The position numbers were made by a program, and so were the translations under genes. From the human T2T-CHM13v2.0 reference genome, Homo sapiens, in the NCBI RefSeq assembly GCF_009914755.1, contig NC_060930.1: DNA of 64,000 nucleotides; one strand, written 5' to 3'. How positions within the stretch are numbered: the stretch's first letter is position 1; every line of letters begins with the position of its first letter. Shown one piece after another: positions 60,321-64,000 of this stretch. The notes beneath the pieces were generated by a model. The model saw nothing but the letters and a program-made list of their open reading frames with translations, was not told the DNA's origin and did not search any database.

Positions 60321-61739
60321 TTTTTTAAAATTAAAAAAAAATTTATTATACTTTAAGTTTTGTGATACATGTGCAGAATGTGCAGGTTTGTTACATAGGT
60401 ATAGACGTGCCATGGTGGTTTGCTGCATCCATCAACCTGTCATCTACATTAGGTATTTCTGCTAATGCTATCCCTCCCCTAGCCCCCCCACCCTCCAGTA
60501 GGCCCCAGTGTGTGATGTTCTCCTCCCTATGTCCATGTGTTCTCATTGTTCAACACCCACTTAGGAGTGAGAACATATGGTGTTTGGTTTTCTGTTCCTG
60601 TGTTAGTTTGCAGAGAATAATGGTTTCCAGCTTCATCCATGTCCCTGCAAAAGACATAAAATTATCCTATTTTACAGCTGCATAGTATTCCATGGTGTGT
60701 ATGTGCTACATTTTCTTTACCCAGTCTATCATTGATGAGCATTTGGGTTGGCTCCAAGTCTTTGCTATTGTGAATAGTGCTGCAGTAAACATACATGTGC
60801 ATGTGTCTTTATAGTAGAATGATTTATAATCCTTTGGGTATATACCCAGTAATGGGATTGCTGGGTCAAAAGGTATTTCTGGTTCTAGATCTGTGAGGAA
60901 TCGCCACACTGTCTTCCACTATGGTTGAACTAATGTACACTCCCACCAACAGTGTAAAAGCGTGCCTATTTCTCCACATCCTCTGCAGCATCTATTGTTT
61001 CCGACATTTTAATGATTGCCTTTCTAACTGGCGTGAGATAGTATCTCATTGTGGTTTTGATTTGCATTTCTCTAACGACCAGTGATGATGAGCTTTTTTT
61101 TTTTCATATGTTTGTTGGCCGCATAAATGTCTTCTTTTGAGAAGTATCTGTTCATTTCCTTCACTCACTTTTGGATGGGGTTGTTTTTTTTCCTTGTAAA
61201 TTTGTTTAAGTTCCTTGTAGATTCTGGATATTAGCCCTTTGTCAGATGGATAGATTGCAAAAATTGTCTCACATTCTGTAGGTTGCCTGTTCACTCTGAT
61301 AGTTTCTTTTGCTGTGCAGAAGCTCTTTAGTTTAATTAGATCCCACTTGTCAATTTTGGCTTTTGTTGCCATTGCTTTTGGTGTTTTAGTCATGAAGTCT
61401 TTGCCCATGCCTACGTCCTGAATGGTATTGCTTAGGTTTTCTTCCAGAGGTTTTATGGTTTTAGGTCTTATGTTCAAGTCTTTAATCCATCTTGAGTTAA
61501 TTTTTGTATAAGGTGTAAGGAAGGGGTCTAGTTTCAGTTTTCTGCATATGGCTAGACGGTTTTCCCAACACCATTTATTAAATAGGGAATCCTTTCCCCA
61601 TTGCTTGTTTTTGTCAGGTTTGTCAAAGATCAGATGGTTGTAGATGTATGATGTTATTTCTGAGGCCTCTGTTCTGTTCCATTGGTCTACGTATCTGTTT
61701 TGGTACCAGTACCATGCTGTTTTGCTTAGTGTAGCCTTG

Positions 61740-61742
<3 letters not shown>
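60321..61742 (-). mobile_element. L1PA (approx. L1PA7-8 age) 3' segment with tail
   Basis: Reverse L1 3' end ttattatactttaagtt at ~60343; ORF2 remnant [10 protein letters not shown]...[17 protein letters not shown] (61046-61756). Confidence 0.95.
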
Positions 61743-63321
<1,579 letters not shown>

Positions 63322-64000
63322 ACAACTGTATAATTTCCACTCTTGGGCTTCAGCCCTTTGGCTTTTTCTATATAGCTGAAGATGGCTGATATAGCCTGGG
63401 AATCATGGGGATATCTAGGAGGAATAAAAACTTTAACTTCACAAATGTGAACAGTTCCAACTGTGTTGGCCAAACCAGTTTCTGTGGGCATGAATTTTTA
63501 AAATTATTTCTAAAACTGATTTAAGAAATATTTGTAGAACACTGTGACATATTTAGATAAAAGTATCTGGGTAGAACATTGAGTGTCATTTTACTGAGTG
63601 TCCAAGTCTTTGAAATAATGTAAATATTCTTGTGTATTGTAAAATACTTGGATTAATTGATATTTTGAAACATACCTCTTCTGAATCATGAAAATATTTA
63701 CTTGGTACTCTAGTTTGAGGTAAAATATTTCATGTTTTCTTTCTCCATTGTCCTGCTATAAACTTCTTAAGAATATGTATAATTAAAATTGTAGGTACTT
63801 GCTGTTGATTAAAATACCTATATTCAATAGGTTGAAAACATGTATGTTTTTAAAATAAACTGATAGTAAAATATCTCCACAATTTGCCCAAACTTGGGGG
63901 TGGAAATGGGACTAAAAAAGATAATTAACATACATGAATATACATATATACTTTACATATTTCATATAAAATGTATAATATGATATATTTAGAATTTTTC

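Overview
Human or close-primate genomic DNA that is AT-rich and dominated by interspersed repeats. An AluYa5 insertion points to human. I find no supportable intact protein-coding exon: nearly all long ORFs in the track are L1, Alu or LTR remnants. The only gene-derived sequence is a processed pseudogene of PPP1R14B (PHI-1) at about 36236-37108 on the - strand, inserted into an old L1 with a 12-bp target-site duplication (TSD). The most notable structure is a complete L1PA4-like element at 16395-22517. Its whole 5' 3.5 kb (5'UTR, ORF0, ORF1, endonuclease) is inverted by twin priming with no sequence lost, so the antisense promoter and ORF0 now face the RT half of ORF2 in sense. The window also holds two more 5'-inverted L1s, a young AluYa5, several deletion scars at repeat junctions, an unexplained 185-bp dispersed duplication, and a motif-rich non-repeat block near 7 kb that may be an enhancer. 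I see no convincing previously undescribed biological system. Repeat subfamily names come from recalled consensus sequences and need RepeatMasker/Dfam confirmation.
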